Below are positions 16,094 through 22,781 of a stretch of DNA of 32,000 nucleotides, piece after piece (the stretch's first letter is position 1; each line of letters begins with the position of its first letter). The stretch spans positions 8,814-40,813 of the forward strand of contig CAKUJA010000004.1 of assembly GCA_934661135.1 (NCBI GenBank), written 5' to 3'. The notes below the pieces were generated by a model that saw only the letters and a program-made list of their open reading frames with translations, did not search any database and was not told the DNA's origin. The translations under genes and the position numbers were made by a program. Origin of the DNA: an uncultured Oscillospiraceae bacterium. Lineage in GTDB: Bacteria; Bacillota; Clostridia; Oscillospirales; Oscillospiraceae.

Positions 16094-16792
16094 TTACTTC
16101 AGGCGCTTGTCACACTTTGTGACGAGCTTCGTGCCGACGCTCTGGAAGATCTGCACGAGCAGAATCAGGAATACGACGGCAAGGGCCATGACGAGGTATT
16201 GATAGCGATAGTAGCCATAGTTGATGGCAATTTTGCCAAGACCGCCGCCGCCGATGATGCCGCTCATGGCCGAATAGCCAAGAATGGTGGTGACGGCGAT
16301 GGTGGCGTTGGAGATGAGCGAGGGGACGCTCTCGGGCAGCATGACCTTGACAATGATCTGAAGCGGCGAAGCGCCCATGCTCTGCGCCGTTTCGATGATA
16401 TTGGGATTCAGCTCGCGCAGGCTGGACTCGACCAGACGCGCAATGAAGGGGAACGAGGCGATGACCAGCGGGACGATGGACGCCGGTGTGCCGACGACCG
16501 TGCCCACGATCAGGCGCGTCAGCGGGAACACGAGAATCATCAAAATCAGGAACGGCACGGAGCGGAGCAGATTGATGATGACGTTCAGAACCCGCAGAAG
16601 CCACTGCGGAACGTGCAGAATGCGGTTATTTTCGCCCGCGACCAGCAGCACGCCGAGCGGCAGGCCAAGGACAATGGCAAAAAACGTGGACAGGAGCGTG
16701 ACATAGACCGTCTCCCAGATGGCAAGCGGGAACTGCTGAATCAGAATTTGCAGCGCGTTTTGAAACGTCTCAGACTGGAAGAACTCAGACAT
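16094..16792 (-). CDS. metI: Methionine ABC transporter permease
   Basis: 232 aa polytopic MetI-type permease. Overlaps the metN stop by 8 nt. Confidence 0.9.
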   Translation of the reverse strand: MSEFFQSETFQNALQILIQQFPLAIWETVYVTLLSTFFAIVLGLPLGVLLVAGENNRILHVPQWLLRVLNVIINLLRSVPFLILMILVFPLTRLIVGTVVGTPASIVPLVIASFPFIARLVESSLRELNPNIIETAQSMGASPLQIIVKVMLPESVPSLISNATIAVTTILGYSAMSGIIGGGGLGKIAINYGYYRYQYLVMALAVVFLILLVQIFQSVGTKLVTKCDKRLK

Positions 16793-17795
16793 ATGCGTCC
16801 ACCTCCTCTACAAAAATATCGGGAATTGTGCGCAGGTAGGTCTTGGCGCGCGCCAGCTCCTCCTCGCCGCCGGGAATGCCGAGCAGCATATTGCCGTAGG
16901 CCTTTTCGCCGATGCCTTTGGTCGACGCGCCGAGGATGCTGGCCGTAATGCCGCAGTCCAGCGCCATCTGAGCGATAAGGGGCGTCTTGGTGGCCTTGGC
17001 GCCATTGAACACAACACGGAGCATTTTGCCCTCATCGAACTTCACGACCGGCTGCTCATAGCCGTCGGGATACACAAGGCGCTTGGCCGCCTGCGACTGC
17101 GGCGCGGCAAAGACCTCGCTGACCTTGCCCTCCTCGGCAACCTCGCCGCCGTCGAGAATGGCGACACGCGTGCAGATCTGCTCGACGACGCTCATCTGGT
17201 GGGTGATCACGATGACGGTAATGCCAAGACGGTCGTGGATGTCGCGGATCAGGGAGAGGATGGACTGGGTGCTCTGCGGATCGAGCGCGCTGGTAGCTTC
17301 GTCGCAGAGCAGAATCTTCGGATGGGTCGCAAGCGCACGTGCAATCGCCACACGCTGCTGCTGGCCGCCGGAAAGCTGCGAGGGATAGCTTTTCAGCTTT
17401 TCACCAAGGCCGACAAGCTCCAGAAGCTCCGCCGCGCGCGCCATTGCTTCTGCGCGCTTCATGCCGGCCAGCTCCAGCGGGAAACAGACATTGCGCTGGC
17501 AGGTTCGCTGCATGAGCAGATTGAACCCCTGAAAGATCATGGTGATATTGCGGCGCTCCTCGCGCAGTTCCGCTTCGGTCAGGCTGGCCATGTCGCGGCC
17601 GTTGATGACAATTTTGCCGCTGGTCGGCCGTTCGAGCATATTGATGCTGCGCACGAGCGTACTTTTCCCCGCGCCGCTCATGCCGATAATGCCGTAGATT
17701 TCGCCGTCGGGGATGGTCAGCGTGATATTCTTCAGCGCTTCCACGGTTCCGCCCGACGTGGTAAAGGTCTTTGATAGGTTCTGAATCTCGATCAA
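16785..17795 (-). CDS. metN: Methionine ABC transporter ATP-binding protein (C-terminal NIL domain)
   Basis: 336 aa. Walker A GMSGAGKST, signature LSGGQQQR, Walker B ILLCDEATSALD, and a C-terminal NIL-type extension. Confidence 0.9.
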   Translation of the reverse strand: MIEIQNLSKTFTTSGGTVEALKNITLTIPDGEIYGIIGMSGAGKSTLVRSINMLERPTSGKIVINGRDMASLTEAELREERRNITMIFQGFNLLMQRTCQRNVCFPLELAGMKRAEAMARAAELLELVGLGEKLKSYPSQLSGGQQQRVAIARALATHPKILLCDEATSALDPQSTQSILSLIRDIHDRLGITVIVITHQMSVVEQICTRVAILDGGEVAEEGKVSEVFAAPQSQAAKRLVYPDGYEQPVVKFDEGKMLRVVFNGAKATKTPLIAQMALDCGITASILGASTKGIGEKAYGNMLLGIPGGEEELARAKTYLRTIPDIFVEEVDAYV

Positions 17796-17867
17796 TGCGA
17801 TCCCTCCAACAAAAGGGAATAACGCTGGCGGCGATTTGCTGGCAGCGTTATTCCCGTCATTTAGTTT

Positions 17868-18713
17868 TTATTTCAGTGCGTCCAGATTGCTCTGCTTGCC
17901 GCCGTAGAGACCCATCGGCTCCACGTGGACAACCAGAACGGAGACAAGGTGCGTACCGTTCTCGGCGTTGAAGTCCTCCAGATACGGAACGTGCTGGAAG
18001 TAGTTCGCGTCAATCTCGCCGCTCTCCACGACGTTGTTCGGCTGGACATAGTCGGTGAATTCCTTGATGTCGAGCGTGATGTCCTTCTCGGCCAGGATTT
18101 CCTTGGCGACGGAGAGGACCTCGGCGTGCGGGGTGGGCGTGGCAGCGACGGTGATGGTCTCGCCGGCGAGGGCGTCGTAGTCGACGGAGTCGTCATAGCC
18201 ATTGCCCGGGTTTTCCACGACGCTGATGACCGCGCCGCCGTAGTTCTCCGCGATATAATCTGCAACCTGCTGGCTGGCAACGGCCGCTTTGAGCGCCTTG
18301 ATCTTATCGGTTTCCTCGTTGCCTTCCTTGACGACCAGAACGTTGCCATACGCGGAAGCGGAGCCTTCGATCAGCAGAGAATCCGTCGTCGGGTTCAGAC
18401 CGGCGGGAATTGCGTAGTTGGAGTTGATGATGGCGTAGTCGACGTCCTGAAGGACATTCGGCACCTGCGCGGCTTCCACTTCCTTGAACTCGATGTTCTT
18501 CGGGTTCTCGGCGATGTCGTTGACGGTAGCAGTGATACCGGCGCCGTCTTTCAGCTTGATGTAGCCGTTGTCCTGAAGCAGGAGCAGCGCGCGCGCTTCG
18601 TTGGTCGCGTCATTCGGGACGGCAATGGTGATGGTGGACGATTTGCTGCCGCAGGCGGTCAGCGCGCCGATCAGCAGAACTGCAATCAGCAACAGAGCAA
18701 TATTCTTTTTCAT
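17868..18713 (-). CDS. metQ: Methionine-binding lipoprotein (NlpA/MetQ family)
   Basis: 281 aa. Signal peptide with lipobox LTAC followed by a MetQ-like body. Confidence 0.9.
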   Translation of the reverse strand: MKKNIALLLIAVLLIGALTACGSKSSTITIAVPNDATNEARALLLLQDNGYIKLKDGAGITATVNDIAENPKNIEFKEVEAAQVPNVLQDVDYAIINSNYAIPAGLNPTTDSLLIEGSASAYGNVLVVKEGNEETDKIKALKAAVASQQVADYIAENYGGAVISVVENPGNGYDDSVDYDALAGETITVAATPTPHAEVLSVAKEILAEKDITLDIKEFTDYVQPNNVVESGEIDANYFQHVPYLEDFNAENGTHLVSVLVVHVEPMGLYGGKQSNLDALK

Positions 18714-18803
18714 AATCGAAAAACCTCTCTTTTTGATTTATTGATATAATAATGATATATGTGGACAAATTTACATCAGGCGGTCACATTCGCCCGCGTT
18801 TTA

Positions 18804-18817
18804 GATTCGCGCGAATC
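18804..18817. promoter_or_regulatory. Perfect 14-bp palindrome GATTCGCGCGAATC upstream of metQ (candidate operator)
   Basis: Exact self-complementary sequence. Lies between the leader terminator and the metQ RBS. Confidence 0.35.
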
Positions 18818-18850
18818 AGCGCTTCAAAATCATGCAGCATAAACCCCTCC

Positions 18851-18891
18851 GAAAAAGAAATAACCAGGATGCCCCGATGGAGCTTCCCGGT
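18851..18891 (-). terminator. Intrinsic terminator inside the met operon leader (attenuator candidate)
   Basis: Minus-strand RNA is ACCGGGA-A-GCUCC-AUC-GGGGC-A-UCCUGGU followed by UAUUUCUUUUUC. Located about 30 nt after the leader ORF stop and about 140 nt before metQ. Confidence 0.6.
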
Positions 18892-18921
18892 AAAACACAC
18901 GTGAAATCAGTCGCCAAAGAT

Positions 18922-19014
18922 TCAGGCGACAGCCTCGGGAGAGCGCATCGGATCGGACGTGACGCAGCACATACGGCACATCTCCATAGGCATCATCGTG
19001 CAGGTCTTGGTCAT
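18922..19014 (-). CDS. 30-codon Met/Cys-rich leader ORF: MTKTCTMMPMEMCRMCCVTSDPMRSPEAVA
   Basis: ATG at 19014 with GGAAAGGAG ending 9 nt upstream; TGA at 18922-18924. 7 Met and 4 Cys in 30 codons. Sits between a promoter and a terminator upstream of metQNI. The stop codon lies inside the small hairpin GTCGCC-TGAATCTTT-GGCGAC. Confidence 0.5.
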   Translation of the reverse strand: MTKTCTMMPMEMCRMCCVTSDPMRSPEAVA

Positions 19015-19064
19015 CTCGGCGTTCTCCTTTCCTCGAAAATACACCTTCTTGGTAGGTTGGTCAT

Positions 19065-19093
19065 ATGATAGCGCCGCGCCAGCCATTTGTCAA
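19065..19093 (-). promoter_or_regulatory. Promoter TTGACA-17-TATCAT driving the met leader/operon
   Basis: On the minus strand the -35 hexamer is TTGACA (19093-19088) and the -10 hexamer is TATCAT (19070-19065), with exact 17-nt spacing. Confidence 0.6.
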
Positions 19094-19161
19094 GTGGTTT
19101 TTATGTTTTTTTTGCGCAGAAATCCAGTCTTTTGCTTTTTCACGCTTTTTTCATTTTGCTC

Positions 19162-19190
19162 TTGACAAACTGCCCCATATCCCTTATAAT
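19162..19190 (+). promoter_or_regulatory. Consensus promoter TTGACA-17-TATAAT for tRNA-Val
   Basis: -35 hexamer at 19162-19167 and -10 hexamer at 19185-19190. The tRNA starts 19 nt downstream. Confidence 0.7.
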
Positions 19191-19208
19191 AACTCTCGCA
19201 AACGCGAT

Positions 19209-19285
19209 GGACAGTTAGCTCAGCTGGTATGAGCACATGCTTGACGTGCATGGGGTCACAGGTTCGAGTCCTGTACTGTCCACCA
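19209..19285 (+). tRNA. tRNA-Val (anticodon GAC), CCA encoded
   Basis: Cloverleaf read by hand. Acceptor stem GGACAGT/ACTGTCC, D stem GCTC/GAGC, anticodon stem CATGC/GCATG with loop TTGACGT, T stem ACAGG/CCTGT with loop TTCGAGT, then ACCA. Confidence 0.95.
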
Positions 19286-19286
19286 T
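19237..19286. repeat. attL: 50-bp direct repeat (3' part of tRNA-Val)
   Basis: ATGCTTGACGTGCATGGGGTCACAGGTTCGAGTCCTGTACTGTCCACCAT is identical to 28141-28190. Confidence 0.9.
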
Positions 19287-19287
19287 A

Positions 19288-19316
19288 CCGCACTTCTTCG
19301 GAAGTGCGGTTTTTCT
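19288..19316 (+). terminator. Intrinsic terminator after tRNA-Val
   Basis: CCGCACTTC-TTCG-GAAGTGCGG followed by TTTTTC. Confidence 0.75.
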
Positions 19317-19440
19317 TTGCCTAAAAACAGCTTTTTAACAAGATTCACACTGCTTTTCTGAATCTTTTTCATAATTTTGATTTTACTTTAAAACACGTTT
19401 TTAACATCTTTGAAGCATCTTTTTTGCCGAAAATACGACA

Positions 19441-19485
19441 GTGGCACGCTTCCGATGTGGCACCTATGTGGCACCCGCGTGGCAC
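19441..19485. repeat. Four direct GTGGCAC repeats (candidate integrase arm-type sites), left arm
   Basis: Copies start at 19441, 19457, 19468 and 19479; the last three are 11 bp apart. The array sits just 3' of the int stop. Confidence 0.6.
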
Positions 19486-19491
19486 CTGTTT

Positions 19492-20589
19492 TCAGCCAAA
19501 CGCGGCGCAGACCTTTTGCGCGGTGCTTTGCTGGCGCGATTCGTGCTGATAATGGGTATAAACGCGCAGCGTCATATTGACCGTGGCGTGTCCTGCGAGA
19601 TATTGAATCTCCTTGATATCCAGCCCGCTCTCAAATAACCGTGTGATGTAGGTATGTCTGAGTCGGTGCGGATGAACGTGGAAATCCAACGTGCGGACAA
19701 CCTTGGAGTGCGGCGCGGTCGTCCAGAGATCGGCAGGATCATCAACCGTGCGGTTCTCGATCATTTGAAGCAGACACTTGAGACTGCTTTTGGAAAGCGG
19801 TTTTCCATTTTCCATGTGCAGCACATAAAGGCCCTTTGCGCCTTTGCGCTCCTTTACAAGCTCTGCAAACAGCGTGGGCGGTATCGGAATATCCCGGACT
19901 GCGGCAGAGGTCTTGAGGGTGTCGCTGACGGTCGTTTGCGCGTTTGTGAGCAGCGCATTGTGCCGAACCTGAATCACACCCGCAGGGAAATCAACGTCCG
20001 ACCACATCAGCCCGCAAAGCTCTCCGCGCCGCATACCGGTTTGAAGTGCCAACAGGCAGAAAAGATATGCTCGCGTTCCTCTCGTCGCGTCCAAAAGGCG
20101 CTGAGACTGTTCAGCGGTGAGTGGGATTTCTTCCTGCGTTGTCTTGCCGCCGATTCGCAAGGTTGCCGGGACTGGCGATTTTGCAATCAGGTTGTTATCC
20201 ACGGCTGCATTAAAAATCCCGCGAAGCACCTGCACCACCTTATTATTCAGGCTCTTGCTCATTTTGGATACAGACGCAATGACAAGCTGAATTTGTATCT
20301 GATTGACCTTTTTGAGCGGCACGTCCCGCAGATAAGGATAAATGTGATTGTTCAGCACGTTTTCAATAGCAAGCAAAGAGTTTTGCCGAAGATACGGCAC
20401 CTTATAGACGCGAAGCCAGAGCGCGGCATATTCTCCAAAAGTAGAGTTGTCGGAAACGTCAAGACCCGCTCCAATCTGTGTCAATAGCTCCTGTTTTTTC
20501 TGTTCCAATCCCTCCTGACTGACAGAACGAATCCACTTGCGCTTGCCGTTCGGAAGCGTGATGGAAGCCCTATAAAGTTTGTTTTTCAT
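19492..20589 (-). CDS. int: Tyrosine site-specific integrase
   Basis: 365 aa. N-terminal SAM-like domain. Catalytic Arg context MRRGELCGL, then HRLRHTYITRL (H-x-x-R) and LAGHATVNMTLRVYTHY (His, Tyr). GGAGAG RBS. Confidence 0.9.
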   Translation of the reverse strand: MKNKLYRASITLPNGKRKWIRSVSQEGLEQKKQELLTQIGAGLDVSDNSTFGEYAALWLRVYKVPYLRQNSLLAIENVLNNHIYPYLRDVPLKKVNQIQIQLVIASVSKMSKSLNNKVVQVLRGIFNAAVDNNLIAKSPVPATLRIGGKTTQEEIPLTAEQSQRLLDATRGTRAYLFCLLALQTGMRRGELCGLMWSDVDFPAGVIQVRHNALLTNAQTTVSDTLKTSAAVRDIPIPPTLFAELVKERKGAKGLYVLHMENGKPLSKSSLKCLLQMIENRTVDDPADLWTTAPHSKVVRTLDFHVHPHRLRHTYITRLFESGLDIKEIQYLAGHATVNMTLRVYTHYQHESRQQSTAQKVCAAFG

Positions 20590-20650
20590 TGTATTCTCTC
20601 CTTATGTAAGCAGCTACATAAGGCTATGGGAAATCATACGGTTTTTCTTG

Positions 20651-20684
20651 CGGCATGAAGCAGTTTCGCTTCGTGCCGTTTTTT
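20651..20684 (+). terminator. Plus-strand intrinsic terminator upstream of the element's rightward genes
   Basis: CGGCATGAAGC-AGTTTC-GCTTCGTGCCG (one G-U pair) followed by TTTTTT. It would stop read-through running antisense to int. Confidence 0.5.
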
Positions 20685-20733
20685 GTGCCTCTCCGTATAT
20701 GTACCATTATAACGACAGGAGCGAAAAAATCAA

Positions 20734-20742
20734 TGCTATAAT
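20734..20742 (+). promoter_or_regulatory. Extended -10 promoter element TGcTATAAT
   Basis: TG at 20734-20735 and TATAAT at 20737-20742, about 65 nt upstream of ATG 20807. Confidence 0.4.
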
Positions 20743-20806
20743 AGGGGCATGAAGCGTGAGGCAAGCAAGCTCACACAAAATAAATAACAAAAAGGAGATT
20801 AAACGT

Positions 20807-21223
20807 ATGAACGCAGATTTGATGAATGGAACGATTGTAATGTCGCAGAATGAGGCACGGAAAGCCGGTAGATTTGGGACAGACGAATATGAGATGTTGG
20901 CAAAGCTGATGCAGCAATTCCCCGCTTTCCGCATTGAAGTTGTGAAGCCCTCCGCAAAGAGAACAGACCATTTCAAGGGTCTGACACGTGCTTATATGAA
21001 ACAGTATGTTGAAAGCCACGATTCGAAGAAGCTGGCAGATTTCTATGCGCTGTGTGGTCTGGATGAGAGCGGAAAAAAGCAGGAATTGGCTGCGGCTGCT
21101 TCCTATGGCGAGCTGAAAATGTGGTTCCTTGAGCAGTTTCCTGAAATCGAGCAGATGAGTGAGAACATCAGAAGGATCATGGATAGAACACGAGAAGCAC
21201 GTGCGGCGCGGAAAGCGTCGTAA
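20807..21223 (+). CDS. Hypothetical protein, paralogue 1 of a tandem pair
   Basis: Start trimmed to MNADLMNGTIVM, with AAGGAG 9 nt upstream. Shares NG-IVM..EY..L....P....KGLT..YM..Y....WFLE.(F/Y)P with the next ORF. Confidence 0.7.
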   Translation: MNADLMNGTIVMSQNEARKAGRFGTDEYEMLAKLMQQFPAFRIEVVKPSAKRTDHFKGLTRAYMKQYVESHDSKKLADFYALCGLDESGKKQELAAAASYGELKMWFLEQFPEIEQMSENIRRIMDRTREARAARKAS

Positions 21224-21247
21224 GCCAGCAGGCAGGAGGAACATAAG

Positions 21248-21715
21248 ATGAAAGTCACGCTTAAAGTTGACCATGAGAATGGTCGTATTGTGATGAATAG
21301 AACATTTGCAAATCTGGCGGCCAATGTTTTCAGCGAAGAATATAAAATCTTGCAGGGAGCCCGGCAGGACTATCCGACTTACGTGGTAGTGCGCCGGACA
21401 ATCAAAAAGAACCCGAACCGTGAATGCTATCGCGGGCTGACCTATGACTATATGCGTGACTACATCAGCCGCTACGAGCCAGAAGAAACCCGTGAAAGCG
21501 TCTGCGCCGAGTTGGAGGACATGATCCAGATTTCCCGCTGTCACAGCCGCTGCAAGCGTTATCCTGTTATCAAACAGTGGTTCTTGGAAAAGTATCCGGA
21601 CGTAAAAAACTTTGGGATGGAAGCATTTGCGGAAGAAGAAACAGAGAACATCACAACGCTTTCTGCTCTTGCAGCCGATCCCGCGCCGGACGAGATCAAG
21701 GGCAAATCTGCCTGA
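21248..21715 (+). CDS. Hypothetical protein, paralogue 2 of a tandem pair
   Basis: 155 aa with AGGAGGAAC RBS. Collinear similarity to 20807-21223 (ENGRIVMNR.., RGLTYDYMRDY, KQWFLEKYPDV). Confidence 0.7.
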   Translation: MKVTLKVDHENGRIVMNRTFANLAANVFSEEYKILQGARQDYPTYVVVRRTIKKNPNRECYRGLTYDYMRDYISRYEPEETRESVCAELEDMIQISRCHSRCKRYPVIKQWFLEKYPDVKNFGMEAFAEEETENITTLSALAADPAPDEIKGKSA

Positions 21716-21807
21716 TTCGATTTTTTTAATAAAATATTATATAATATTTATAGAAAGTTAAGGGAAATCAAAACTTTCAATCAAAAAATGAAGGGTGGTG
21801 AACCATT

Positions 21808-22074
21808 GTGAACAAAGGATATGATTCGTTTTCCAAGCAGTTCTTTATTGACCTGCGCAAAAATGGAGACTATGCCTTGGCGAATATGTTAAAGAAATAG
21901 CTCTTTATGGACTATTTAAACGATTCCAAACGGATGGACGAGCTTGTATAGCGCGTTACGGATAAAGTAGAAGCTGATTTTACATCAGGCAAAATCAGCG
22001 TGACCCTCGAATCAAAGCCGTTGGACGATGCAATCGAGGAAATCAATAACCGTCTAAAAAACTTGGGGCAGTAA
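21808..22074 (+). pseudogene. 88-codon frame interrupted only by two in-frame TAG codons (pseudogene or amber read-through gene)
   Basis: GTG at 21808 follows AAGGGTGGTG. The frame reads VNKGYDSFSKQFFIDLRKNGDYALANMLKK-TAG(21898)-LFMDYLNDSKRMDELV-TAG(21949)-RVTDKVEADFTSGKISVTLESKPLDDAIEEINNRLKNLGQ-TAA(22072). Confidence 0.5.
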
Positions 22075-22099
22075 GCTGCTCCAAGAGAAAGGAAAAAGT

Positions 22100-22573
22100 A
22101 TGCCTACAACTGTACCAAATCAGCGGACGATCTGCGTTCATCGGGAAAAAGCCTCCGCAGATTTCCTAGGTATAAAAAATCGGAATTGGATGGCGGCATC
22201 CCGTGACCTTGGCGCACACGCGCTGCGGCTCTATCTGTATCTGGCTGCAAACGCAAATAACTATTCATTGGCGCTGTCGCCTGCTGCACTCTTGGAGGAA
22301 ATTGGAATGCCGCGTTCCACTTATCATGACCAATTCAAGGTGCTGGAATCCAAGGGCTATCTGATTCACAGAAGTGGAAATACATACGACTTCTATGAAA
22401 AGCCGCAGACGAGCCACGACATACAAGAAAAGAGTGAGTTGTCGTCCGGCAGTCAGGAAAAACCGCCGAACGTAGATTTTACACCGACGCAGGATACAGA
22501 AATAAATATTATAAATAAAAAAAATAATAACGAGGGAGTTTTAGAAAATGCAAGACCTGTGTTCAAATTTTAA
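22100..22573 (+). CDS. Winged-helix DNA-binding protein (possible replication/initiator-type)
   Basis: 157 aa. Contains LGAHALRLYLYLAANAN..LSPAALLEEIGMPRSTYHDQFKVLESKGYL, a wHTH pattern. The C-terminus is low-complexity. GAAAGGAAAAAG RBS. Confidence 0.55.
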   Translation: MPTTVPNQRTICVHREKASADFLGIKNRNWMAASRDLGAHALRLYLYLAANANNYSLALSPAALLEEIGMPRSTYHDQFKVLESKGYLIHRSGNTYDFYEKPQTSHDIQEKSELSSGSQEKPPNVDFTPTQDTEINIINKKNNNEGVLENARPVFKF

Positions 22574-22583
22574 AGAGACTTTT

Positions 22584-22781
22584 ATGAAGATAATGAAGGC
22601 TAAGAAAATGACAAATATTATCAACTTGATTATGGCCGAGACTGAACGAGATCGAGATAGAGAACACTACGAGGAACTGATGACAGCGGCATATAACCTC
22701 TGGGGATTTCTCAATTACGATCTGGGATGTGCTAACCCGCCAGACGAGATATGGGAAGGAAGCGGCAAGTTTGAATTTTGA
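22584..22781 (+). CDS. Small hypothetical protein
   Basis: 65 aa from MKIMKAKKM. The track start at 22548 overlaps the previous gene. RBS is weak. Confidence 0.4.
   Translation: MKIMKAKKMTNIINLIMAETERDRDREHYEELMTAAYNLWGFLNYDLGCANPPDEIWEGSGKFEF

Noticed and set aside
18714-19060. S-box (SAM-I) riboswitch or Met T-box upstream of metQ, as is usual for Firmicutes metNIQ operons
   Set aside because: Reading the minus strand, I could not find the conserved S-box core (GAGGGA..GGCCC..GCAACC..GGUGC.AA.UCC) or the T-box sequence (GGGTGGTACCGCG-like). This is only a by-eye rejection and needs an Infernal scan.
19441-19638. 65-aa plus-strand ORF starting in the GTGGCAC repeats
   Set aside because: Its N-terminus is just the translation of the heptamer repeats, and the rest is antisense to the integrase gene.
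20771-21544. 257-aa minus-strand ORF antisense to the tandem paralogue pair
   Set aside because: It is Cys/His/Phe/Leu-rich and has no RBS. The plus-strand ORFs have RBSs and are mutually homologous, which supports the plus strand as coding.
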